Virus record (IMG/VR): IMGVR_UViG_3300036768_001490
Span: 32,001 to 96,000 of that record
Direction: 5' to 3' (one strand)
Source: a virus
DNA: 64,000 nt
Shown: one piece after another, positions 39,244 through 47,879 of the stretch
Layout of the letters: every line of letters starts with the position of its first letter
How positions within the stretch are numbered: position 1 is the stretch's first letter
The notes under the pieces: model-generated
What the model was told of the DNA's origin: nothing
Seen by the model: only the letters and a program-made list of their open reading frames with translations
The model's database searches: none
Program-made: the position numbers and the translations under genes

Positions 39244-40415
39244 TAGTAATTCGAGTTCAACAGTCTGTTGATGTCGTAGGCGGCGTATTGCTGCGCCTGC
39301 TGCTGGCGTTTGCGTTCGTCCTTCTTCTGCGGGAGGATGTGTTCATACGTGAACGCCTGGGGGCGATAGTTAAGTTTAACTGGAGCGTATGGATTCATGT
39401 ACGCATGGTGGATCTGGTTCCCCCGTTGCTGGTAACGGCCTGGACCAAAATGTGACAGGTAGCCGAGGCTGTCGTCTACTTCGTCATCAAACTTCTGTTG
39501 TCCAGGTTGTGCCGGCTGAGCTGGTGGCTTCGCTGGTGGCTGCGCTGGTGGCTGCGCTGGTGGCTGCGCTTGCTGCATCTCGGAAGGATGGTACGTTACG
39601 TTCAACGGTATAGGAAATCGCATATTTTCGCTCTTACTCTCTGGATTACTCCTGTAATAAGTTTGCCAGTTGCCCGAACCTTTTGCGAGTTCTCGCAGTT
39701 CTCCGAGCCTTGATGTTGGAATAAATTCCATCTGCTGACTGCTCCGCAGGCTTTCTATTTGGTCATTCAGCACTTGTTTACGAAAAGGATTGGTTTCATT
39801 GTTGGCCTCAGTTTCCAATAAACGTATGGTTTCAGCAATTCTTTTGCCAACGTCCGATTTGCTGTACTCGTAGTCGTATTCCTTTTTTAACTTACTTAAT
39901 GCCTTCTGTGCGCTATCCAAGTAATACTGGGCATTCACTGATCCGCCGAAAGACTTTGGTAGGGAATCTAGGAGGGTATAATCTGAACCAAATTCGTTTT
40001 TCTTCAGCTGATTTATCAAACGCAGCTTCTTGCTAATATCTCCCGCTGATCCAATATCACTGTATAGTGATCGAACCAACTCATTGTAACGCTCCATAGC
40101 GTTTTGGTAGGCTTCCTCCGCTGGAACCTCTTTGAAGAAAGGTGACAACCAGGGTGGCGGAGCGTCTTTTGCACCATATTTCAGATCACGATGAACGTCG
40201 GATATATGGCCATATAATCCTGTGCCAATACCAGTAATCCCGAGAGCACCGAGTATTTTTCCGTAATGATTTCTTAAAAGATTAGTAGCAGAGCCAAGCA
40301 ATGGAATCCTTGGCCCTCTGTACAGAGCATCCTTGTACAGACCATTGCGGCGGCAGATGTCGTCCAGTGTGGCACGGCAGGCGAGCGCCAACCCCGCGGT
40401 GAGTTCCCTGTTCAT
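39240..40415 (-). CDS. Low-GC hypothetical protein with a high-GC N-terminal leader
   Basis: ATG 40415 with SD GAGAGG; sampled interior line is 38% GC; QPPA repeats near the C-terminus. Confidence 0.65.
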   Translation of the reverse strand: MNRELTAGLALACRATLDDICRRNGLYKDALYRGPRIPLLGSATNLLRNHYGKILGALGITGIGTGLYGHISDVHRDLKYGAKDAPPPWLSPFFKEVPAEEAYQNAMERYNELVRSLYSDIGSAGDISKKLRLINQLKKNEFGSDYTLLDSLPKSFGGSVNAQYYLDSAQKALSKLKKEYDYEYSKSDVGKRIAETIRLLETEANNETNPFRKQVLNDQIESLRSSQQMEFIPTSRLGELRELAKGSGNWQTYYRSNPESKSENMRFPIPLNVTYHPSEMQQAQPPAQPPAQPPAKPPAQPAQPGQQKFDDEVDDSLGYLSHFGPGRYQQRGNQIHHAYMNPYAPVKLNYRPQAFTYEHILPQKKDERKRQQQAQQYAAYDINRLLNSNYY

Positions 40416-40446
40416 GGTTTCGTCCTCTCTTCCTTCAGGCATGGCG

Positions 40447-40452
40447 ATTATA
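40447..40452 (-). promoter_or_regulatory. Candidate -10 box TATAAT
   Basis: Perfect hexamer inside palindrome GATTATAATC, about 32 nt upstream of the 40415 start; no clear -35. Confidence 0.4.
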
Positions 40453-40485
40453 ATCACCAGCGCCGGTAAGTTGCCAGCCTGGCCG

Positions 40486-43400
40486 TTACCAGCCAAAGGT
40501 CTCGCGGAACTGGCGTCTCCAGTGCAGGGGATTGAGCGCCGGCAGCGTTCTGCCGCCCGTGCCTGGAATGACCGCATTGCCTGTCAAATAGTCATCCCAG
40601 CCGGCCGCGGGACGCGAAAGAACGTCAACGATAAATTCAGTAGCATTGACAGCTCGGCGGAGGCCCTTGGTGTCCTTGGTGCCCTTCGCGTTCTCTTCAG
40701 CTAGCGCGCCAGCTAGAGCGTCCCTGACCAAGGTGGCCTCTTCCAGCATCTTCCCTCCCGTGAGCGGGTTCAGCGCTTCCTTGCGCTCCTCGTGACTGAA
40801 CGGGTTGATCATCTTGTGCCCCATCGCCATGTAAGTGAGGGACTGGGTGGGCGAAAGTTTGGAACTTTCTATGACAAGCTGGGCAGGCGTCTTGGTCTTG
40901 GCAATTTCCACATCGCGGATGAATTTCTCTTCCTGTTGGCTCAAACTTTCTCCTCTGGCCTTCTTGGCCTTGAGCCTCTCTGCTTCGGGGATGTCCTTTT
41001 CATGCAGTTGCTTCATCACGATCTTCTCGGCCTCCGTGGCAATGCCTTCCGCCTGCGCTGACATCGTCGTGCCGGCCGTGTGGATGTCCGCGACCGTCTT
41101 GGTAATGTTCTTAATCAGGTTCATGCTGCCTTCTGGGTTGTTGCTGTCCCGCTCAACGCGCGTGATCCCCTTGAACAGCCGGTGGAGCGAGTCGGCGACG
41201 ACGTTGCCCAGGGGGCCGTAATCCTTCGCACGCTCGTCTTCACTCAGCTGCAGTGCCGGCGTGAACGCGAAGGGGTCCACCGCGTTTCCACTCGCCAGCT
41301 CGCCTCGCCGGAGCCTGTCAGCCTGGTGTTTCCGGATGAGATTGCCAACGGCCGCCTGCGCCTCGAAGTGCTTGCCGATGTTCGACTCGGACGTCAGCTT
41401 GCTCTTGGCGGCGCCGTCGTCTGCCTGATCTTCGGACAGTGCCCGGTACAGGTCTTTGAAAAGGTTGTAACCCTCCACGCCCAGCTGGGCCCCTCCTTCC
41501 AGCATGATACGGCCGGTGTTGACGTGGTTGGAGCGAATGCCAAGTGCCGTGAGCAAGTTCATGCCCGGCTGCTGCCGCCACTTGTACAAGTCGAACAGGT
41601 CGGCCGTTCCCTGGATGGCCTTCTGGTTCTCGCTGCGGAACTTTCCCTCGGACGAGAGCAGCCGGTCCCAGCCGCCCTCTTGCCAGTCCTCCAGAATGTT
41701 GCTTCCGGCTTCGCCCAGGCCAGCGATAATAGCCGCAGGATTGACGACATATTTGCCTAGCCAGCCGGCCACGTTGAGCATCTTCGTGCCGCCGGACGTC
41801 AGTCCTCCCGCCGCGTTGAGGAGCCGAGCCGTAGTTCTTTCGCCCAGCAGGCGTTTCGCCACGTTGCTGGACGCTAGCCAATTCAGGGCCGTGCCGGTGC
41901 CTTGCATTCCACTGCCGGAAATCGAGGACAGCGCCTGCACGCCGGAAAACGGCAAGGACGCCAGGCTGACATAATTGTGCCACTTGAGCTGATTGTCGTC
42001 TTTCTTGCCTGCTGCCTCTGCATTATTGCTATTGTTTACGGCGGCGTCGCTATTGTTTACGACAGCATCTTCATGGCCACGGCCCAGGTCGAAGGCCAAG
42101 TAGGCCGGCGGCACAGCATACTGGTGGGGCGAGTGGGACGATTGGGAATACGGGTGGGGCAAGTGGGGCGATTGGGAGAAATCGTAGCTGAAGGTCCGCG
42201 GGCCGGTGACGTAGTCACCGTAGTCAGGCTGCTGCTGGCTGTTCTCGCCGGGACGTCCCGTCCCAGGCAGGTATCCTGGCGGCACCGGTCTGCCCTGTCC
42301 CTGCTGGCCTGGTCCAAAGGGCTGGTACTGGTACTGGCCGCGCACGTAGGGGCTCCGGCTGGTCAGGACATGGATCGCGTTCGGGTCCAGCAGGGAGCCG
42401 AAGCGGATGGCAGAGCCGACCAGGCCGCCGAAGCCAGAGTTGGGATCGTTCGGGTTGCCGCCGCCGCGGACAAACATGGCGGCCTGACGCGGATCGTCGT
42501 GCTGCCACATCATGGGTCTGCCCCGCGTGTACTCCCCCTGGTGCGGCGCGTACTGGTAGGGCTGGTACATGGTGGCGGGAGTGCGCACGACGCCGCGGAA
42601 CGGGTCTGGATTCCGGACAGAGGTTGGGCGGGTGGCCCCGGCGGTATGGGAGTTCCCTGCTGGCTGTGCCGCCGGCTTCGCCCCGCCGGAAGGATTCGCT
42701 CCGCCAGAGGCCGCCACCGGCTTGCTGCTGTCCTTGTTGTCGTCGGCGGCGGACTTGCCGAAGAACTGCGCCTCCGCCTGCCGCAGCAGGGCGTCCGCTT
42801 CCTGCCGCTGCGCTTCCTGGTCCCAGGACGACTTGTACCAGCCGCGGAAGATGCGGGACAGCATGCTGCCGCCCTCGTCGCTGCCGGCAGCTGCCGGAGG
42901 AGGTAAGTCGAGCGCCAGGCCGTCCGTGGCTACTAGCCGCGGTGCCGTCTTTCGCCGCGCCCCTCCCCGGGCGCTTTCCTCCATGCCGTCGGGAACGGTC
43001 CCCGGCTCCGGCTGACGTACCGGTCCGACCAGGCCGAAGTCCGAGGCCCTGGCCAGACCCGGCACGAAGCTGGTGCCGGACTCGTCCCAGCCGCGCCCCC
43101 GGTGGACGGCCTCCAGCAGGCCACCCTTGATGCCGGAGCCGTACATGCGCGCCAGGACGTCCGGGTCGTGCTGGAGAGAGTACATGCCGCGGATCATCTC
43201 GCCCTGGAACGGCGGCGGCTCGTCATGGACGACTACCCGCCGGATGCCGAACTGCTGAAGTTCCCGGATGACGCTGGGACGGACCCGGGTGCCGATGGTG
43301 TAGTGCAGCACCGGCTTCTCCAGGTACTTGCCGACCGCGCGGCGCACGTCCAGCTCCTGGTGGCCGGCGCGGGGCTGGTAGTTGTATTCCAGCGTGGCGT

Positions 43401-45372
43401 AGGGCACCACGTCGTCCGGCAGGTTCCCGCCGAACTCGTCCGTCAGGCGGACGTGGTTGATAAGGCCGCGGGCCAGGATTTCCACGTTGCGGCGGTTGAC
43501 CTTCAGCCCGGCCGACCGCATGGCGTCCGTGTAAGCCTGGACAAAGTAGCGGCGCCCCTCGCCGATGCCCTTGTGCTGCACGATCAGGTGTGGCTGCGGG
43601 ATACCGTCACTGATGACGTCACCGGCCTCGACCGTGTCGCCAGGACGGACCCGCAGGTTGAAGCCGGCGCCGACGTAGTGCCGGGTGCCGTTGATCCAGA
43701 CAAACTTGCCTCCGGCCGGAGCGTCCTCGATGCGCTCCACCGTGCCATCCTCGGTCGCGTGCGCTGCTCCGCCGCGGAACACCTTGGGCACCTGGATCAG
43801 CTGGTTAATGTACTGGAAACCGCTCACGGCCTTCTCACGTCCGGCCACGCCACCGCTGTGCTTGGCCGAAAGCTGCGCCTGCGACAGCGGCTCCGACAGG
43901 GCCTGGGCGGCGGTGAGGCCAACCTGCTCGCCGCGGCCAGGCAGAACGCCGCGTTCACGCACACCAACGTCCCGTGCGTAAACACCACCATCAGGACTGC
44001 CGCCCACCACCGGACTTCGCACAAGAATGCGAGCATGGCCTCTCCGCCGGATGTCCTTGAGAATCTTTGGCGTCAGCACCGTGTTCTTCCGGTACGGCCC
44101 CACGTCCTGAGCCAGCAGGGCGCCCTCGTTGTCCGGGTCGTCCACGTCCACGGGAAGTCCGCGCGGCGTCGGGTCGTCCCGCGGGTCTTCCTCGTCCACT
44201 ACCACCAGGCGGTGCGAGACCTGGTTGAGCTGCTTGCTGTTGGACACGACCATGCCGTTGGCCAGCACGAACAGGTGGTCCGGGTGGTCCACTTCGATGT
44301 CATAGGTCGGCCGCCAGCCGACTTCTTCCCGCCGCACCAGGCGGCACAGCAGGACGTGCCTGTCCACCGGCCGCCGCGGCTCCTCTCCGTACCCGACCCC
44401 GGCCGGGACAAGGGCCGGCTGCCGCGGCCTCGCCGCCACCAGGCGGAGGCCGGCAGCTGCCACCTGACGCAGCGGCAGCAGGAGGTAGGGACGTCGTCCT
44501 CCCGGCGGCGCTGCCAGGACACGGTGGTCCTCTGTCGCCTCGATGGTGATGGCGGCCCTGCCGGCGCGGAAGACGTACCGCCAGACCCGGCGGAGACCGT
44601 GGACAAACAGGGCCCGGACCCGCGTGGGGAACGTCCGTCCCCGCCGGTCGGCACCGAGGACAAGGTCGCCGGGACGCAGCTGCTCGATGGGGACGGAAGT
44701 CCCTTCCGGCCGGCACACCTGCGTTCCTTCCGCCAGGCACAGGAAACCGGCGTCCTGCGTGGAAAACTTGGTCGCCATGACGCCCTTGCGCGCCCCGTAG
44801 GTGCCTGCCCAGTATTCGACTGGCCGGTAGCCCTCGCTGTAGGACGACAGGATCGGCAGAGGCAGCACGTCGTCGCGGTGGTCGGCGAAGAGCAGGCCGG
44901 TGCCGCGCAGCTCCGCCAGGTTCATGGCGTTGCCGCGCGAACCGGACAGCACCTGGAAGGCCAGTGGGTTTTCCTCCCGCAGCGATTCCTGGTAGACCTC
45001 GTCTGGAATCTTCTCGGCCGCGCGGCCCACGGTCAGGACCAGCAGGTCGTTCCGCTGCCGGTCGGTCAGCCGGTCGTCGTCAAGGATCTTCTTGACCTTG
45101 GACCACAGTTCCCGTTGCTTCCGACGGGCAATCTCGGACTTGGCCATGTGCCGCAGGCCGAAGGAGAAGCCGCCCGTCTCCGACGCGGCCTGGCGGCCGA
45201 TGTCCGCCAGGTGCTTGCTAACGTCGCGGTATCGCTCCGTATGCTTCCGCGCCAGCTGGCGCAGCAACTCCGCCATGCCCTTCTTGTCCAGGACACGCTG
45301 GTAGTCGCGCAGGTCTTCTGGCAACGTCTCGTTGACCAGGAGCTGCCCCATGCTGGTGCGTAGAACTGGCAT
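40486..45372 (-). CDS. rpoC: Phage RNA polymerase beta-prime C-terminal subunit (bridge helix, trigger loop) with a mini-intein and an ~850-aa non-RNAP C-terminal extension
   Basis: YSEGYRPVEYWAGTYGARKGVMATKFSTQDAGFL/SKQL matches the bridge helix (FREGL..EYF..THGARKGL.DTALKT..SGYLTRRL); AAQALSEPLSQAQLSAKHSGG matches the trigger loop (AAQSIGEPGTQLTMRTFH.GG). Confidence 0.85.
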   Translation of the reverse strand: MPVLRTSMGQLLVNETLPEDLRDYQRVLDKKGMAELLRQLARKHTERYRDVSKHLADIGRQAASETGGFSFGLRHMAKSEIARRKQRELWSKVKKILDDDRLTDRQRNDLLVLTVGRAAEKIPDEVYQESLREENPLAFQVLSGSRGNAMNLAELRGTGLLFADHRDDVLPLPILSSYSEGYRPVEYWAGTYGARKGVMATKFSTQDAGFLCLAEGTQVCRPEGTSVPIEQLRPGDLVLGADRRGRTFPTRVRALFVHGLRRVWRYVFRAGRAAITIEATEDHRVLAAPPGGRRPYLLLPLRQVAAAGLRLVAARPRQPALVPAGVGYGEEPRRPVDRHVLLCRLVRREEVGWRPTYDIEVDHPDHLFVLANGMVVSNSKQLNQVSHRLVVVDEEDPRDDPTPRGLPVDVDDPDNEGALLAQDVGPYRKNTVLTPKILKDIRRRGHARILVRSPVVGGSPDGGVYARDVGVRERGVLPGRGEQVGLTAAQALSEPLSQAQLSAKHSGGVAGREKAVSGFQYINQLIQVPKVFRGGAAHATEDGTVERIEDAPAGGKFVWINGTRHYVGAGFNLRVRPGDTVEAGDVISDGIPQPHLIVQHKGIGEGRRYFVQAYTDAMRSAGLKVNRRNVEILARGLINHVRLTDEFGGNLPDDVVPYATLEYNYQPRAGHQELDVRRAVGKYLEKPVLHYTIGTRVRPSVIRELQQFGIRRVVVHDEPPPFQGEMIRGMYSLQHDPDVLARMYGSGIKGGLLEAVHRGRGWDESGTSFVPGLARASDFGLVGPVRQPEPGTVPDGMEESARGGARRKTAPRLVATDGLALDLPPPAAAGSDEGGSMLSRIFRGWYKSSWDQEAQRQEADALLRQAEAQFFGKSAADDNKDSSKPVAASGGANPSGGAKPAAQPAGNSHTAGATRPTSVRNPDPFRGVVRTPATMYQPYQYAPHQGEYTRGRPMMWQHDDPRQAAMFVRGGGNPNDPNSGFGGLVGSAIRFGSLLDPNAIHVLTSRSPYVRGQYQYQPFGPGQQGQGRPVPPGYLPGTGRPGENSQQQPDYGDYVTGPRTFSYDFSQSPHLPHPYSQSSHSPHQYAVPPAYLAFDLGRGHEDAVVNNSDAAVNNSNNAEAAGKKDDNQLKWHNYVSLASLPFSGVQALSSISGSGMQGTGTALNWLASSNVAKRLLGERTTARLLNAAGGLTSGGTKMLNVAGWLGKYVVNPAAIIAGLGEAGSNILEDWQEGGWDRLLSSEGKFRSENQKAIQGTADLFDLYKWRQQPGMNLLTALGIRSNHVNTGRIMLEGGAQLGVEGYNLFKDLYRALSEDQADDGAAKSKLTSESNIGKHFEAQAAVGNLIRKHQADRLRRGELASGNAVDPFAFTPALQLSEDERAKDYGPLGNVVADSLHRLFKGITRVERDSNNPEGSMNLIKNITKTVADIHTAGTTMSAQAEGIATEAEKIVMKQLHEKDIPEAERLKAKKARGESLSQQEEKFIRDVEIAKTKTPAQLVIESSKLSPTQSLTYMAMGHKMINPFSHEERKEALNPLTGGKMLEEATLVRDALAGALAEENAKGTKDTKGLRRAVNATEFIVDVLSRPAAGWDDYLTGNAVIPGTGGRTLPALNPLHWRRQFRETFGW
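44239..44739 (-). mobile_element. Mini-intein (167 aa) in the RNAP bridge helix
   Basis: C1 LAEGTQV; block B ATEDHRV; block F/G TYDIEVDHPDHLFVLANGMVVSN followed by Ser; no endonuclease. Confidence 0.9.
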
Positions 45373-45374
45373 GG

Positions 45375-45794
45375 TCACTTCACCCACACCCTCTGGCCGT
45401 CAGCCAGGCGCAGGCAGCGCGACCGAGGGGAGAACAACCAGATGGTGATGCGCGGCTGGTTTGCCATGCATACCTCGCGGCAACGCCATACATGGTGCTC
45501 GTCCTGGCTGCTGGACACCAGCAACAGGACCACAGGCAGGCGTCGGGAGCGGGCGCCGTAATAGAGGGACTTACCCACTGCCTCGGCCCAGTCGGGTGCC
45601 CAGGCCACGGCGACGGCATGGTGAGGGGTCAGAAGGTCGATGCGCGTGCCGTCGTAGTTGCTTGCCCCGGCCTGGGCCGGCAGGCCGCTGGAGGTCAGGC
45701 TGGCTGCCAGGCATCCAGCCCAGTCCTCCTCTTCGGGAACGTTGCCGCCGGTCAGCAGGCGGCGCAGCCACGACCGGAAGTGCTGGAGCATCAC
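45375..45794 (-). CDS. Small PD-(D/E)XK-like protein, apparently degenerate
   Basis: DGTRIDLLTPHHAVAVAW..DWAEAVGKSLYY resembles the DGTRxD...AIExD...WAEAIGQ pattern but lacks the acidic ExD residues. Confidence 0.4.
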   Translation of the reverse strand: MMLQHFRSWLRRLLTGGNVPEEEDWAGCLAASLTSSGLPAQAGASNYDGTRIDLLTPHHAVAVAWAPDWAEAVGKSLYYGARSRRLPVVLLLVSSSQDEHHVWRCREVCMANQPRITIWLFSPRSRCLRLADGQRVWVK

Positions 45795-45800
45795 GCCGGC

Positions 45801-45817
45801 CCAAAATCCGTTTTTTA
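45801..45817 (-). promoter_or_regulatory. 17-bp AT-rich motif TAAAAAACGGATTTTGG, copy 2
   Basis: Identical to 22970..22986. Confidence 0.5.
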
Positions 45818-46639
45818 GCTGTCCGCGGGCACCTGCCCGTCCGCTGGGACCGGGACCGCCACGTCCACTTCCTCCTGGTCCTGCTCCTGTCGGGACCGTC
45901 CCTTCCGGGACCGTCCCTTCCGGGGACGCTGCTCCGTGGTCGCGTCAACGGCAGCGTCCGCTTCCTGGACGAAAGAGGAGGGAGAAGGGACGTCCTCCGT
46001 CTCCGCCGCTGGCAGGTTGGCTGGATGCAGCAGGCATTCATCCACGGGGCCGCTGCCTGGGTCCGGACGCGGCTGCCCTCCGTCCTGCTGGGCCCGGGCC
46101 GCCGGGGCCTCTTCGGCCGGAGTGTAGGACAGGCGGCATTTGTGGTACTGGTCCTCCGTGATGACCTCGCGCGTCACCATCATTTCCAGGGCAGCGCGGG
46201 TCCGGCGCAGCAGCGCTCCGGCGCCATGCCGGACGTAAATGACCAGGCCGATAGCACCCTGGTGCAGCCGGGCCGCCGCTTCCTGCAAGACCTCAGAGAT
46301 GTCTCCTTCCTCACGCACGACCAGGCGGTCGTCGCCTCCTGTGGGCCAGAAGGCGGTCCTGGCCGGCGGCGGCGCAGCGGCCGTCCGCTCCGGGCAGCGG
46401 TAATACTCATCCGCCGAATAGAGGACGTCCGGGTAGCGCGTGGCCGGTCGCCTAGCCAGCCGGCAGGCCGGCGCGGGCCGCGCCCGCGTGTAGCACTCCT
46501 TGGTCACGGCCGAGACGTCGTTGCTGGCGTAATACCTGTCCGCGCTGCTCCGGTCGCGCCAGAAGTTTGTCCGCCGGGAAGGGATGGATCTGCGTGGAAG
46601 TTCCGGTGCCAAGGGCATTCCCTCCTTGTGTGCCTGCAT
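45815..46639 (-). CDS. Hypothetical protein with acidic/Pro-rich C-terminus
   Basis: 274 aa open frame filling the gap between co-directional genes. Confidence 0.5.
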   Translation of the reverse strand: MQAHKEGMPLAPELPRRSIPSRRTNFWRDRSSADRYYASNDVSAVTKECYTRARPAPACRLARRPATRYPDVLYSADEYYRCPERTAAAPPPARTAFWPTGGDDRLVVREEGDISEVLQEAAARLHQGAIGLVIYVRHGAGALLRRTRAALEMMVTREVITEDQYHKCRLSYTPAEEAPAARAQQDGGQPRPDPGSGPVDECLLHPANLPAAETEDVPSPSSFVQEADAAVDATTEQRPRKGRSRKGRSRQEQDQEEVDVAVPVPADGQVPADS

Positions 46640-46678
46640 GGCAAGGGCCGTTTCCGCCTGGGATTATCACCCGTCACG

Positions 46679-46960
46679 TCACTCGCGTGGACGGGGTCCA
46701 GCGATCAGCTGGGCTCCCGGGGGTGGGCCCGACAAACGGATGCGGTCCACCACGGTCGTCTGGGAGACGCCGAGGCGGCGCAGCAGGCGGTTAAAGTCCT
46801 CCATGCCCGCCATGCTGGCCGAGTAGGCGCCGTCCGGGCCGTAGTGAGCGGCGGCGAAGATCGGCGTGCCGTCGTCCGTCTCCAGGATGACCTGGCTGAC
46901 CGGAAGGACCAGTACCTGCCCGCGGCCAATGCCGTCGAGCGGGATGAGCTTGGCGATCAT
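46679..46960 (-). CDS. Small hypothetical protein
   Basis: 93 aa, ATGA overlap with the upstream gene, SD AAAGG. Confidence 0.65.
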   Translation of the reverse strand: MIAKLIPLDGIGRGQVLVLPVSQVILETDDGTPIFAAAHYGPDGAYSASMAGMEDFNRLLRRLGVSQTTVVDRIRLSGPPPGAQLIAGPRPRE

Positions 46961-47787
46961 GCAGCGCCGCCCTTTGCCGCCCGTGCCGCCTGGCGGAAAC
47001 GGGCAATGGCAGCCGCCCGGTCCTGCACGGCGCTGAAGCCACTTGTGTCAAAGGATGAGCCGTCAAAGGCGTGGCCGTTGCCGCGGTAGGCCCGGCGGTC
47101 ATGCGCCGGCTTCTCTGCCCCCGGCTTGCCCGCCGGCTGTATGCCCTCCAGGGGAGGAATGGGAGGGATCGCGCCCTCCTCGCCCCCTGCGCCGTCAGCA
47201 GACGGGTCGATGCCAGGCATGGGACCGCCCGTGGTCGAGGCGTGGGCCAGGTTCGTGAGGTCTTGCTGGGTGGCGACCATCTCCGAGGCAGGGATCTTGA
47301 TGCCGAGCTGGTCGGCGATGCGTGCCTGGATCTTCAGGATCGACAGCAGCACGGCGTTGGTGTCGATCTTGGGCTTGATGACGCCGCCCGTGTTGCCACC
47401 GTTGCCACCGTTGCCACCGTTGCCACCGTTGCCACCAGAACCGTTGCTCGACTGCATCTGCTGGATCTGCTGCTGGAGCTGACGTACCTGGTCCTGCAAG
47501 GCAGCCACGTCCGCGCTGTTGTCCGGCGACGGCGGTGGCGACGGCATGCCGCCCGCTGCCATCATGCTGGGGTCTGCCGGCATGCCGCCCGCTGCCATCA
47601 TGCTGGGGTCTGCCGGCATGCCGCCCGCTGCCATCATGCTAGGGTCTGCCGGCATGCCGCCCGCTGCCATCATGCTGGGGTCGCCGGCGGGCACGAAGGC
47701 ACGCTTGTGGAACCCGCCCAGGTTCCGCCGTGCCATCTTGAGGACTTCAAAATTGACCAGATGGTCGTCGCGCGTGGGGGCGCCCAT
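46957..47787 (-). CDS. Low-complexity protein with GMPADPSMMAAG and GGN repeats
   Basis: ATG 47787 with SD GGAG; HKRA-F after a 30-aa leader; 36-bp repeat x4 (about 47544..47690) and 9-bp repeat x5 (47392..47436). Confidence 0.65.
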   Translation of the reverse strand: MGAPTRDDHLVNFEVLKMARRNLGGFHKRAFVPAGDPSMMAAGGMPADPSMMAAGGMPADPSMMAAGGMPADPSMMAAGGMPSPPPSPDNSADVAALQDQVRQLQQQIQQMQSSNGSGGNGGNGGNGGNGGNTGGVIKPKIDTNAVLLSILKIQARIADQLGIKIPASEMVATQQDLTNLAHASTTGGPMPGIDPSADGAGGEEGAIPPIPPLEGIQPAGKPGAEKPAHDRRAYRGNGHAFDGSSFDTSGFSAVQDRAAAIARFRQAARAAKGGAA

Positions 47788-47879
47788 GTGAAAGCTCCAT
47801 TTTTCGTGGTCACGTACCGTGTGGCCCAGTCTACCGTACCTTGCCGGGCGCACACCAGTCCGCTTCGTCCGCCGCCCCC

